From Desulfobacteraceae bacterium (GTDB taxonomy: Bacteria; Desulfobacterota; Desulfobacteria; Desulfobacterales; JAABTS01): DNA of 64,000 nt. The notes under the pieces were generated by a model. The model was given only the letters and a program-made list of their open reading frames with translations, was not told the origin of the DNA and made no database searches. Position numbers and translations under genes: made by a program. Positions 45,974 to 55,178 of this stretch are shown here, in pieces (position 1 is the stretch's first letter; every line of letters begins with the position of its first letter). The DNA is taken from assembly GCA_011389735.1 (NCBI GenBank), contig JAABTS010000005.1, positions 4,338-68,337 on the forward strand. The letters run 5' to 3'.

Positions 45974-48274
45974 ATGAATTCTAAAAAAAAGAGGGTGTAT
46001 CGTTTTGTATTAGTTTGTTTCACTATATTTTTTCTTTCACAACTGATTTCAATCCCTGCTGAAACTCGAAACAATCCGGAAAATCTATACATCACCTATC
46101 CGAAAACCGGAACGCTTTTTCCTCCTGAATTTCCTCCGCCGACCATAATATGGGAGGATGATTCCGAATCCGTTGATACATGGAGCATTCGTGTAAAACT
46201 CAAGGGAGTTTTAGCGCCGTTCAGGGCCGAAACGGCGAAAACCAAATGGCGTCCGGATTTGAAAGCCTGGGAAACAATAAAAAAAGCATCGGTAAACGCC
46301 GACGCCGTTATTCAAATAGCCGGTTTTTCAAGCAGTCATCCGGAAAAACCGGTTTCGGCCGGTTCAGTCGCAATCAGAACATCGACAGATAAAGTCGGCG
46401 CTCCGATCTTGTATAGAGATGTGCCTTTGCCCTTTATTTATGGCGTCAAAAATCCGGAAACCATAAGCTGGAAGCTCGGATACCCGGATTCGGCCGAACC
46501 TTCCGGATTGGTGCTTGAAAATTTGCCGGTATGCGGCAATTGCCATTCCGTATCGGCAAACGGAAAGGTTCTGGGGATGGACGTGGATTACGCCAGTGAT
46601 AAAGGGTCTTACGCCTTGACGGAGATCGAAAAAACAACCGTTATTTCGCCAAAAAACGTTATTACCTGGAGTGATTTCCGGCGCGGCGACGGAGAATTGA
46701 CATTCGGTTTGTTGTCCCAGGTGTCCCCGAGCGGGCGATACGCCGTCAGCACGGTCAAAGACCGGTCCGTTTTCGTGCCCATAGATAATCTTGCGTATTC
46801 CCAATTGTTTTTTCCGGTCAAGGGGATTCTCGCTGTTTACGATCGGGTGGAAAAAAGTTTTCAGGCGCTGCCCGGCGCTGATGATCCTGATTATGTGCAA
46901 TCCAATCCCGTCTGGAGTCCCGACGGCAAGACCATATATTTTGCAAGATCCGAAGGCATTGAATTGGAAGGGATTGATAAAATTAAAAGCATTCTGCTCC
47001 CCCCCGATCTGGTTCAAGACTTCATAACCGGAAAACAAGGGTTTCAATACGATATTTACCGGGTGTCGTTCAATAACGGAAAGGGCGGAACAGCCGAACC
47101 GGTGGCGGGGGCGTCGCATAACGGCAAAAGCAATTATTTCCCGAGGATTTCTCCGGATGGACAATGGCTCGTATTTACGCAGGCGGAAAATTTTATGCTT
47201 TTGCAGAAAGACAGCGAGCTGTACATCATGCCTGCAAAAGGGGGTAAACCCAGAAAAATGCAATGTAATACATCCAATATGAATTCCTGGCACGCCTGGT
47301 CGCCGAACAGCAGATGGCTCGTTTTCGCCGCCAAGGAACGGGGCCCATACACTCAGCTTTATCTAACCCACGTCGATGAAAACGGCCGGGATTCCCCGCC
47401 CGTTGTTCTGGAATATTTTCAATACGACGGACGCGCCGCCAATATTCCGGAATTCGTCAACGTTCAAAAAGGAGCGTTCGAAACCATATCCGCTGAATTT
47501 ATCGACGATCACAATTATGTTCGCCAGGGAAACGAACTCGCCTCTTTTCATGGAGATTACCAGGGCGCCGTTGAATATTTCAAAAAAGCCATTGAAATCA
47601 ATCCGAAAAACCTGCGAGCGCATACGGAACTCGGCAAAGCCCTTGTCATGACAGGCAAATTCAAGGAAGCGGAAGCCCGCTTTAAAACCGTACTCGAAAA
47701 AGATCTTCTCAATGAAGAGGCCCTCACCAGTATCGGCAGATTCTATTTAAGCTCATATCGATATCAGGCCGCCGAAACGATTTATCAAAAATTACTGAAC
47801 ATCCATCCTGAACATATTGAAGCGAACATCAATTACGGGCTTACCCTGTTCAACCTGGGAAAACTAAACGAAGCCGCCGGCCGGTTTAAAAAAACGCTGA
47901 CCATAGAGCCCGAAAATCCGGTGGCGCATCTATATCTCGGCAAAACGCTTGAAAAACTGGGAAAACCCGAGGAAGCCGACCGGCATTTTGTCCAGGCTCT
48001 AAATTTCCCGGTCACTGCGCAAATCAGAGATTGTGTTCATGTTGCGCAACACCTGATGCATATTCCGAAATATCAGGACCGGATCATCGAACTGATGGAA
48101 ACGGCCTTAAAAAGTCCCGTTGAAAAAGGCGAACCTTATGTCATTATCGGAAAAGTTAAACTCCGTCAGGGCGATATCCAAGGAGCGATCAAAGCTTTTG
48201 AGTCGGCTCGAACGATTAAAAATTGTCCGGCCTGGGTCAGCGAGAAAATTGACGAACTAAAACAACAACTATAG
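45974..48274 (+). CDS. secreted TolB-like PD40 beta-propeller + C-terminal TPR protein with one CXXCH motif
   Basis: The ATG at 45974 (MNSKKKRVYRFVLVCFTIFFL, signal peptide) is preferred over the track start 45902. PD40-like repeats (SPDGKTIYFARS, SPDGQWLVFTQ, SPNSRWLVFAAK). CGNCH at LENLPVCGNCHSV. About 250 aa of TPRs at the C-terminus. Confidence 0.75.
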   Translation: MNSKKKRVYRFVLVCFTIFFLSQLISIPAETRNNPENLYITYPKTGTLFPPEFPPPTIIWEDDSESVDTWSIRVKLKGVLAPFRAETAKTKWRPDLKAWETIKKASVNADAVIQIAGFSSSHPEKPVSAGSVAIRTSTDKVGAPILYRDVPLPFIYGVKNPETISWKLGYPDSAEPSGLVLENLPVCGNCHSVSANGKVLGMDVDYASDKGSYALTEIEKTTVISPKNVITWSDFRRGDGELTFGLLSQVSPSGRYAVSTVKDRSVFVPIDNLAYSQLFFPVKGILAVYDRVEKSFQALPGADDPDYVQSNPVWSPDGKTIYFARSEGIELEGIDKIKSILLPPDLVQDFITGKQGFQYDIYRVSFNNGKGGTAEPVAGASHNGKSNYFPRISPDGQWLVFTQAENFMLLQKDSELYIMPAKGGKPRKMQCNTSNMNSWHAWSPNSRWLVFAAKERGPYTQLYLTHVDENGRDSPPVVLEYFQYDGRAANIPEFVNVQKGAFETISAEFIDDHNYVRQGNELASFHGDYQGAVEYFKKAIEINPKNLRAHTELGKALVMTGKFKEAEARFKTVLEKDLLNEEALTSIGRFYLSSYRYQAAETIYQKLLNIHPEHIEANINYGLTLFNLGKLNEAAGRFKKTLTIEPENPVAHLYLGKTLEKLGKPEEADRHFVQALNFPVTAQIRDCVHVAQHLMHIPKYQDRIIELMETALKSPVEKGEPYVIIGKVKLRQGDIQGAIKAFESARTIKNCPAWVSEKIDELKQQL

Positions 48275-48290
48275 GGTTTCGGAAATTATG

Positions 48291-48408
48291 GGTTTTCAGA
48301 AATTGAATTTCTGTAAGGCCATCGATTTCACAAGACCGCGAGCCTGGAATAACACTGTTCGTGTATCCAGGGCCGAAACACGGTGAAATTGAATTTTCGG
48401 AAGGCTAT
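48291..48408 (+). repeat. REP-A copy (full, with duplicated left end)
   Basis: GGGTTTTCAGAAATTGAATTTC...CACAAGACCGCGAGCCTGGAATAACACTGTTCGTGTATCCAGGGCCGAAACACGGTGAAATTGAATTTTCGGAAGGCTAT. Confidence 0.85.
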
Positions 48409-48432
48409 AAAACAGCAAGAGGGATGACGAGA

Positions 48433-51429
48433 ATGCCTCAACGCATTGAAATAACATTAAAACCAGAACTTTTCGACGCCGAGGGAGAAGGGATCAGGCG
48501 GAAAGCGGCCCGGTATTTCGGTATCGAGATAGAACATATCCGAACGATTCAGATCATGACGATCGACGCCGGCTTATCGGAAAACCAGGTCGAGACTGTT
48601 CGGAAAAACATTTTCACCAATCCCGTCACGCATATTTCTTCCCTTGATCCGCTTCCCGTCCCTTTTGATTACACGATCTGGATCGGTTACCGGCCCGGAG
48701 TCCGGGATAATCCGGGAGCGGTCGCGGTGGAAGCGATTGAAGATTTCCTCGGGGTGCGGTTCGGAAAAGGCGAGTCCGTTTATACTTCCAGGCGATACTG
48801 TATTACCGGAACGAAGCTAAGCCTGAGAGATATTGAAATTTTGGCCAATCAGTTGCTGGCCAATGACATTATCCAGCAAACCCGTATTTTTTCCAGGGAT
48901 GAATGGAATCCTGAAGTGGGCGTCGGGTGGATTATTCCCAAAGTCATTCTTGATCATACCCCGGGGGTGACGACTTTGCCCATTGAAAGCGACGACCGCT
49001 TGCTTGAAGTCAGCCGTGAACGGAACCTGGCGCTCGATCCGAACGATATACCTGTAATACGCGCCTACTTTTCAAACCCGGATGTCCGGGCGGAAAGGTC
49101 CAAGGCGGGATTGTCCGATCCTACCGATGTCGAGATCGAATATATATCTCAAGGCCGGAGCGATCATTGCAACCATAACACCTTTCACGGAAAATTTTAT
49201 TACCGGGAATCTCCTGATTCGGCGGTCGATATTGTCGATGACCTTTTCGAAACCTGCATCGAACAGCCTACGCTCGAAATAAAAGCCAAAAAGCCGTGGG
49301 TGGTTTCCGTATTATGGGACAATGCGGGCGTCGGACGATTTGACGACGATCATTATTATGTGATTACCGGCGAGACTCACAATTCCCCCTCGAATATGGA
49401 GGCGTACGGCGGGGCGATCACCGGTATCGTCGGAGTTTATCGCGATCCGCTGGGAACCGGGCTGGGGGCGAAGCTTATCATGGGCGGTTACGGCTATTGC
49501 GTAGGCCCCATCGATTATGACGGCGATTTACGCCCCAGGCTCCATCCCAGGCGGCTTCTGGACGGGGTTGTAGAAGGCGTGAGAGACGGCGGCAACAAGA
49601 GCGGTGTTCCAACTACTTTCGGCCAGGTTTGGTTCGATCCGGGGTATTTGGGAAAATGCCTGGTGTTCGTCACAGCGGTGGGGCTGATGCCGAAAACGGT
49701 CAACGGCGAGCCTTCCGAATTAAAAACGATATCGGACGGCGATCTCGTAATCATGTGCGGCGGGCGTGTCGGGAAAGACGGTATTCACGGGGTCACGGCT
49801 TCATCGGAAATATTTTCGGAAAATACGCCGGCCGGCCACGTGCAGATCGGTGATCCGTATACTCAAAAAAAAATGCATGATTTTTTGCTCGAAGCCCGGG
49901 ACGAGGGGTTGATCCGCTTTATCACGGATAACGGCGGCGGCGGGCTTTCCTCGTCGGTCGGAGAAACGGCGCGGTTCAGCAACGGATGCGATATCGATCT
50001 GGAAAAAGTCCCCTTGAAGTATGACGGTCTGGATCAGTGGGAAATCTGGATCTCCGAATCCCAGGAACGCATGACTGTGGCAGTGAGGCCGGATCATCTG
50101 GACCGGTTTATGGCCCTTTCGCAAAAACACGCCGTGGAAAGCACGGTCATCGGAAAATACCGGAACACCGGGAAGCTTCATATTCGATACAAAAACGAGA
50201 CCTGCGCCTATGTAGATATGGATCTGCTCAAGTCCGGTTTTCCGCAATGGGAATTCGAGGCCGAATGGATACCTCCGGACAGGCGGGGTTTGTTTGAACC
50301 CGTACTCAAGCCGCCCAAAGATTTTGAACGTTTGCTGTTGAATATGCTTTCCCGTCCCAATATTGCGTCCAAGGAATGGATAGTCCGTCAATACGATCAC
50401 GAAGTTCAGGGAACAAGCGTTATCAAACCTCTTGTGGGAGCGAATCGAGATGTGAACAGCGACGCCTCGGTCATCCGGCCGGCGCTGGAATCGTCAAAAG
50501 GACTTGCATACGCTCAGGCGCTGATCCCCAACTATTCCCTCATCGATACTTTTCATATGACCGCCTGCACGGTGGATGAGGCGGTGCGGCGATTGATCGC
50601 CGTCGGCGTGAAACTGGAAAATATCGGCGGAATCGATAATTTCTGCTGGCCGAGCATCAAATATTCACCGGACGAAAATCCCGACGGAAAATACAAAGCG
50701 GCTCAGCTTGTCCGTTCATGCCGCGCCTTGAAAGATATCTGTCTGGCTTATGAAACGCCGCTCCTTTCAGGAAAGGACAGTATGTACGTGGACGGTCGGT
50801 TGCAAGGCCTTTACGGAGAAACCCATAAAGTGTCCGCCCTCCCGACTCTTCAGTTTTCCGCTGTCGGAACAGTGGATGATGTCGAAAAATGCATGACGAT
50901 GGACGCCAAAACGCCCGGCGACCTGGTATATGTTCTCGGAATGACTCGGAATGAAGCCGGAGCCTCTGAATATTACGATCTTATGGGATACACCGGGTTG
51001 AATGTTCCTCGGGTGTATCCGGTTGAATTCATGGAAATTTATCACAAGCTGGGCGCAGCGGCCGAAAAAGGTCTGACCGCATCGATTCATGGGGTTTACA
51101 GAGGCGGCCTCGGCGTGCATCTCGCATTGACAGCAATGGCGGGCGAGCTGGGGATGAACCTGGATCTGTCGAAAATTCCATGCAGGGATGTCGATCGAGA
51201 CGATATTATTTTGTTTTCCGAATCTCCGGGCCGGTTTATAGTCACTGTAAACCCCGATTTCGTGAACGACTTCGAGAACGCATTTTCCGGAATTCCAACA
51301 GGTTGTATAGGAACCGTCACAAAATCCGATACATTTGCGATAAACGGAATAAACGGCCGGGAATTGATGAAACTGAGCATAAAGGATTTGAAATCCGCCT
51401 GGAAAAAAACTTTCAATGAACTGGTATAG
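48433..51429 (+). CDS. purL: phosphoribosylformylglycinamidine synthase, PurS-like N-terminus fused to PurL
   Basis: About 1000 aa. PurL/AIR-synthase-like motifs (ETHNSPSNMEAYGGA, GKDGIHG, DNGGGGLSS). The track start 48361 lies in a REP-A copy. ATGs at 48424 and 48433 are possible, and 48433 has better SD spacing (AAGAGGG). Confidence 0.9.
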   Translation: MPQRIEITLKPELFDAEGEGIRRKAARYFGIEIEHIRTIQIMTIDAGLSENQVETVRKNIFTNPVTHISSLDPLPVPFDYTIWIGYRPGVRDNPGAVAVEAIEDFLGVRFGKGESVYTSRRYCITGTKLSLRDIEILANQLLANDIIQQTRIFSRDEWNPEVGVGWIIPKVILDHTPGVTTLPIESDDRLLEVSRERNLALDPNDIPVIRAYFSNPDVRAERSKAGLSDPTDVEIEYISQGRSDHCNHNTFHGKFYYRESPDSAVDIVDDLFETCIEQPTLEIKAKKPWVVSVLWDNAGVGRFDDDHYYVITGETHNSPSNMEAYGGAITGIVGVYRDPLGTGLGAKLIMGGYGYCVGPIDYDGDLRPRLHPRRLLDGVVEGVRDGGNKSGVPTTFGQVWFDPGYLGKCLVFVTAVGLMPKTVNGEPSELKTISDGDLVIMCGGRVGKDGIHGVTASSEIFSENTPAGHVQIGDPYTQKKMHDFLLEARDEGLIRFITDNGGGGLSSSVGETARFSNGCDIDLEKVPLKYDGLDQWEIWISESQERMTVAVRPDHLDRFMALSQKHAVESTVIGKYRNTGKLHIRYKNETCAYVDMDLLKSGFPQWEFEAEWIPPDRRGLFEPVLKPPKDFERLLLNMLSRPNIASKEWIVRQYDHEVQGTSVIKPLVGANRDVNSDASVIRPALESSKGLAYAQALIPNYSLIDTFHMTACTVDEAVRRLIAVGVKLENIGGIDNFCWPSIKYSPDENPDGKYKAAQLVRSCRALKDICLAYETPLLSGKDSMYVDGRLQGLYGETHKVSALPTLQFSAVGTVDDVEKCMTMDAKTPGDLVYVLGMTRNEAGASEYYDLMGYTGLNVPRVYPVEFMEIYHKLGAAAEKGLTASIHGVYRGGLGVHLALTAMAGELGMNLDLSKIPCRDVDRDDIILFSESPGRFIVTVNPDFVNDFENAFSGIPTGCIGTVTKSDTFAINGINGRELMKLSIKDLKSAWKKTFNELV

Positions 51430-51452
51430 CCTCATGATAGGAATGATTCAAT

Positions 51453-52265
51453 ATGCATAAAATAAATGTATTGGTGCTTTATGGATACGGCCTGAATTGT
51501 GATATCGAAACGGCGTACGCTTTTACGCTCGCAGGGGCGAACGCTCACAGAGTCCATATCAACACATTGATCAACGGCGAAGCCGATCTGTTTGACTTCC
51601 AAATCGCCGCGTTTGTAGGCGGATTCGGTTGGGGGGACGATCATGGCGCCGGTGTCGTTGAAGCGGTACGGTTGAAGACGCGAATAGGCGGCAAGCTAAT
51701 CAGGTTTATTGAACAGGGGGGGCTGGCCATCGGCATTTGCAACGGGTTTCAGGTATTGATCAACATGGGGTTGTTGCCGGGTTTCGACGGAGATTACACG
51801 GACCGGTCGGTCGCTCTGACATTCAACGACTGTGGCAATTTCCGGGATGAATGGGTGCGCCTTGCAACGTCTCCTGATACTCCATGCGTATTCACGAAAG
51901 GTATGACGGAGCAATTCGATTTACCGATCCGGCACGGAGAGGGTAAATTTTATGCTGAAAAACCGGTTATCAACCGCTTAATCGAAAACAAGCAAGTCGT
52001 TCTTCAATACGCGCAACCGAACGGAACTCCCGCTGAAGGGAAATTTCCGTACAATCCAAACGGATCTCTCGCGGACATCGCCGGCGTTTGCGATTCCACC
52101 GGAAGAGTGTTCGGTCTGATGCCGCACCCGGAAGCCTATTTATTTCGATCCAATCATCCGGAATGGACTCGAACCAGAGAACGGTATGCCCGCAGAAAAG
52201 AATCACCGCCTGAAACAGCCGATGGATTCCGGTTTTTTCAAAACGCCGTGGATTATCTTAAATGA
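51453..52265 (+). CDS. purQ: phosphoribosylformylglycinamidine synthase glutaminase subunit (PurQ-like GATase1)
   Basis: 270 aa. Nucleophile elbow GICNGFQVL and HPE triad element (LMPHPE). Confidence 0.85.
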   Translation: MHKINVLVLYGYGLNCDIETAYAFTLAGANAHRVHINTLINGEADLFDFQIAAFVGGFGWGDDHGAGVVEAVRLKTRIGGKLIRFIEQGGLAIGICNGFQVLINMGLLPGFDGDYTDRSVALTFNDCGNFRDEWVRLATSPDTPCVFTKGMTEQFDLPIRHGEGKFYAEKPVINRLIENKQVVLQYAQPNGTPAEGKFPYNPNGSLADIAGVCDSTGRVFGLMPHPEAYLFRSNHPEWTRTRERYARRKESPPETADGFRFFQNAVDYLK

Positions 52266-52600
52266 AAAATGATACGGAAAACAACTCTTTAACTATCCGG
52301 GTGGACTGTTACTCAGGCCACCGGGCGGATGAAACGCCTCGCCGTTTTTATATTGGAAACCAATGCATAGAGATTCGTGAAATCCAGGATCGCTGGATTG
52401 GACCGGATCATCGTTATTTCAAGATTGTAGGCGATGACAACGCCACATATATCCTCCGCCATGACACCGTTTCGCTTTGCTGGGAACTAATCCCCCCACC
52501 GGGCCGGCTGAAAGCGGCGAACGCCCGTCGCCTGCGGATAGATCAATGCTCTGAGGGGGTTTGCAACCCCCGACGCATTGACGGGTATTTTGATTGTTAA
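52262..52600 (+). CDS. hypothetical small protein, translationally coupled to purQ
   Basis: The ATG overlaps the purQ stop (ATGA). 112 aa, with the C-terminal ~20 codons running into a repeat (GGGGTTTGCAACCCCC). Confidence 0.45.
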   Translation: MKNDTENNSLTIRVDCYSGHRADETPRRFYIGNQCIEIREIQDRWIGPDHRYFKIVGDDNATYILRHDTVSLCWELIPPPGRLKAANARRLRIDQCSEGVCNPRRIDGYFDC

Positions 52601-52743
52601 TGCGCTATGATCAAATAGAATACTAACTCATTCACAAAAACCCTTCAAAAACCGTGTTTACAACACGCCTTTCTTTCGATCATGTTCCGGTAATAGAAAC
52701 GTAAGCCCTGTAATCGGATCTATAACTTTTCATTAATAATTTT

Positions 52744-52821
52744 AGGCGGTCGGCCCGGAAGTCATACTATTCGTATATCCCGGGCCGACAATTCAGTGAA
52801 TTTTTATTTCCGGAAGTTTAT
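52744..52821 (+). repeat. REP-A copy (lacks outer left arm)
   Basis: AGGCGGTCGGCCCGGAAGTCATACTATTCGTATATCCCGGGCCGACAATTCAGTGAATTTTTATTTCCGGAAGTTTAT. Confidence 0.8.
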
Positions 52822-52886
52822 ATTACTCACCACATATAATCCCGCCTGCGCCAATGAGTTATTGTCGGCCGATTGAAATAAATTCT

Positions 52887-52915
52887 TTGACTTTTATTAA
52901 TCTTTGAGAAATAAT
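52887..52915 (+). promoter_or_regulatory. sigma70-like promoter candidate for the DUF4041/T5orf172 gene
   Basis: TTGACT (52887-92), 17-nt spacer, AATAAT (52910-15). Confidence 0.3.
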
Positions 52916-53066
52916 ACTATCATTACGATAACGCTTGGGATTATTATGCTTTTTTGCTGTTGTTTAGGGTGGATTGATGACGCTTTTCGTGAGGCTTGTT
53001 TTAGCTTCAGTTACAAAATATATCCAATACTCAGATTCGCTTAAAAATTCGGAATGTTATAGGCTG

Positions 53067-53090
53067 ATTGCAACATTTTCTGGTTGCAAT
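53067..53090. promoter_or_regulatory. perfect 8-bp inverted repeat (ATTGCAAC-N8-GTTGCAAT), operator-like
   Basis: Read directly from the sequence. It lies between the promoter candidate and the start of the DUF4041 gene. Confidence 0.3.
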
Positions 53091-53156
53091 TTTTAAAGGA
53101 TGGCAGATCTTAGAAACAAGCCCCTTTTAGTCGAACATTTAGCATGGGAGGGGAAC

Positions 53157-54767
53157 ATGTTTGAAGACCTTAATGCACTTGATTTTATAGTGTATATATC
53201 TTTGGTAGTTACAATTCTGTTATGCATCGTATTCCATGTAAAAAAACTATCAGCATATGAAAAACTTGGCAAAGAAGCCAAAAAGGCGATTGAATTAAAA
53301 AACGCAAACGAAAAGCTTAACGAAATAAACAATAAGCTCTCAAAATACCATAGGATCATCGACATAGATGAAGCCATCAAGGGAAAAAAGATTGAATTCA
53401 ATCAATATATAAAAACTGAAAAAGAAAAAATTGCAAATTTAAAAACAAAAGTAGATGAAGCCATCAGAGGAAAAAAGATTGAATTCAATCAATATGTAAA
53501 AACTGAAAAAGAAAAAATTGAACATTTTAAACAGAATGCTAAAATAGAAGCAACAAAATACATTGAAAACGCCAATAAAAAGGCAAAAGTAATAGCCGGT
53601 GATGCATGGGATGCAAAAACGAATGCAAAGCGATATAAAGATATTGCTAAAGCAATGCAAAACCAAATCAAAGGTTATGGAGACGAATACATAATACCTA
53701 ATCATACAACCATTGATGATCTTGCCGAAGAATATTCACACAAAGAAGCTGGCGAAGAATTAAAAAAAGCTCGAAAAAGGACAAAGGAATTAATTTTGAA
53801 AAATCGGGCTGCAGATTGCGATTATGTAGCCCCAAAACAAAGACAAAACGCATGCCATTTTGTCCTGTATGCTTTCAATGGGAAAGTTGATACTATTCTA
53901 TCAAAAACCAAATCAACCAATTACGGAAAACTTGATGCGGAAATTCAGGATGCATTTAAGTTGGTCAACCACAATGGTCATGTATTCAGAGAAGCACGTA
54001 TAACACTCGACTATCTGGAAGCCAGACGCAATGAATTGAAATGGGCAGTGGCTGTACAGGAGCTAAAGAGACAGGAACAAGAAGAACAAAAACGAATCCG
54101 GCAGGCAATGAGAGAAGAAGAAAAGGCGATGCGTGAAGTTGAAAAAGCCATAAGAGAATCCGAACAAGAAGAAAAGTTACTTCAAAAAGCCATGGAAAAA
54201 GCCAGAAAGGAACTTGAGACCGCATCGGAAGAACAGAGGACGAAGTTCGAAAAAGAATTGGAAGATCTACAGGCCAAACTCCAAGATGCTGAAGAAAAAA
54301 ACCAACGAGCTTTGTCAATGGCTCAGCAGACCAAACAAGGCCATGTATACGTCATCTCAAACATCGGTTCATTTGGGGAAAAAATTTATAAAATTGGTCT
54401 CACCCGTCGCCTTGATCCTATGGAACGTGTCAAGGAATTGGGTGATGCAAGCGTTCCGTTCAATTTTGATGTCCATGCCATGATGTTTCATGAGAATTCC
54501 CCGTGGCTGGAATCAGAACTTCATAACAAATTCAGAAAATCCGAATTGAACAAAATCAATCATAGAAAAGAGTTCTTCAATGTCAGTTTACAGGACATAA
54601 AAGACGCCTGTAAAGAAATCGGAATTGAAGTTAGATGGACTATGAAAGCCGAGGCCGCCGAATACAGGGAATCGTTATCATTGTTGAGAGAATCCGGGCA
54701 AGTGAACGATGAGTATGACATTGACATTTATGATGAAGAGGGCGAGCTTGAGGAGGTTTATTCATAA
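53157..54767 (+). CDS. DUF4041 + T5orf172 (GIY-YIG-superfamily, MUG113-like) domain protein with N-terminal TM helix and coiled coil
   Basis: The track start 53100 has no SD spacing; the ATG at 53157 follows GGGAGGGG. TM helix FIVYISLVVTILLCIVF. DUF4041-like core (GYGDEYIIPNHTTIDDLAEEYSH...FVLYAFNGKVD). Glu/Lys coiled coil. C-terminal T5orf172 motif GHVYVISN..IYKIGLTRRLDPMERVKELGDASVPFNFDVH. Confidence 0.8.
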   Translation: MFEDLNALDFIVYISLVVTILLCIVFHVKKLSAYEKLGKEAKKAIELKNANEKLNEINNKLSKYHRIIDIDEAIKGKKIEFNQYIKTEKEKIANLKTKVDEAIRGKKIEFNQYVKTEKEKIEHFKQNAKIEATKYIENANKKAKVIAGDAWDAKTNAKRYKDIAKAMQNQIKGYGDEYIIPNHTTIDDLAEEYSHKEAGEELKKARKRTKELILKNRAADCDYVAPKQRQNACHFVLYAFNGKVDTILSKTKSTNYGKLDAEIQDAFKLVNHNGHVFREARITLDYLEARRNELKWAVAVQELKRQEQEEQKRIRQAMREEEKAMREVEKAIRESEQEEKLLQKAMEKARKELETASEEQRTKFEKELEDLQAKLQDAEEKNQRALSMAQQTKQGHVYVISNIGSFGEKIYKIGLTRRLDPMERVKELGDASVPFNFDVHAMMFHENSPWLESELHNKFRKSELNKINHRKEFFNVSLQDIKDACKEIGIEVRWTMKAEAAEYRESLSLLRESGQVNDEYDIDIYDEEGELEEVYS

Positions 54768-55178
54768 AATGGCGGGTGATGACTATCTGTTAACCGTACC
54801 ACAAGAAAATAAATTATTCTGTGAACCACGCAAATCGGGAGTGAATAAGGCAAAGGAATAAGTTTCTTGATATAACTCTCCAATTTATTATAGTCCAATT
54901 TTGGTTTTTCCAGGTACGATTTTTGCTGTGACCGGTTTCAATCATAAAAATGACCGTTTTGAGTGCGAAAATGGATACAAAATGACAAAAAATCGGAGCA
55001 TTTTAAAAAAAAAGGCAATTCCCATGCCATGAAAAACCTAAATTGGAGCATTATAGGTTTTTCATGGCATTAGAATTCACTGAGTTGTCGGCCCCTGATA
55101 TACGAAAAGGGTACCTGGAAAAAGCTAAGATTAAACTATAACATATCATACATATTGACGTTCAAAACGAATTAACGG

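Noticed and set aside
55024-55070. 16-bp perfect hairpin (ATGCCATGAAAAACCT...AGGTTTTTCATGGCAT) as the intrinsic terminator of the DUF4041 gene
   Set aside because: No T-run follows on the plus strand. It lies 250 nt after the stop and merges into a degenerate REP-A fragment. It may still be structural, but it cannot be called a terminator with confidence.
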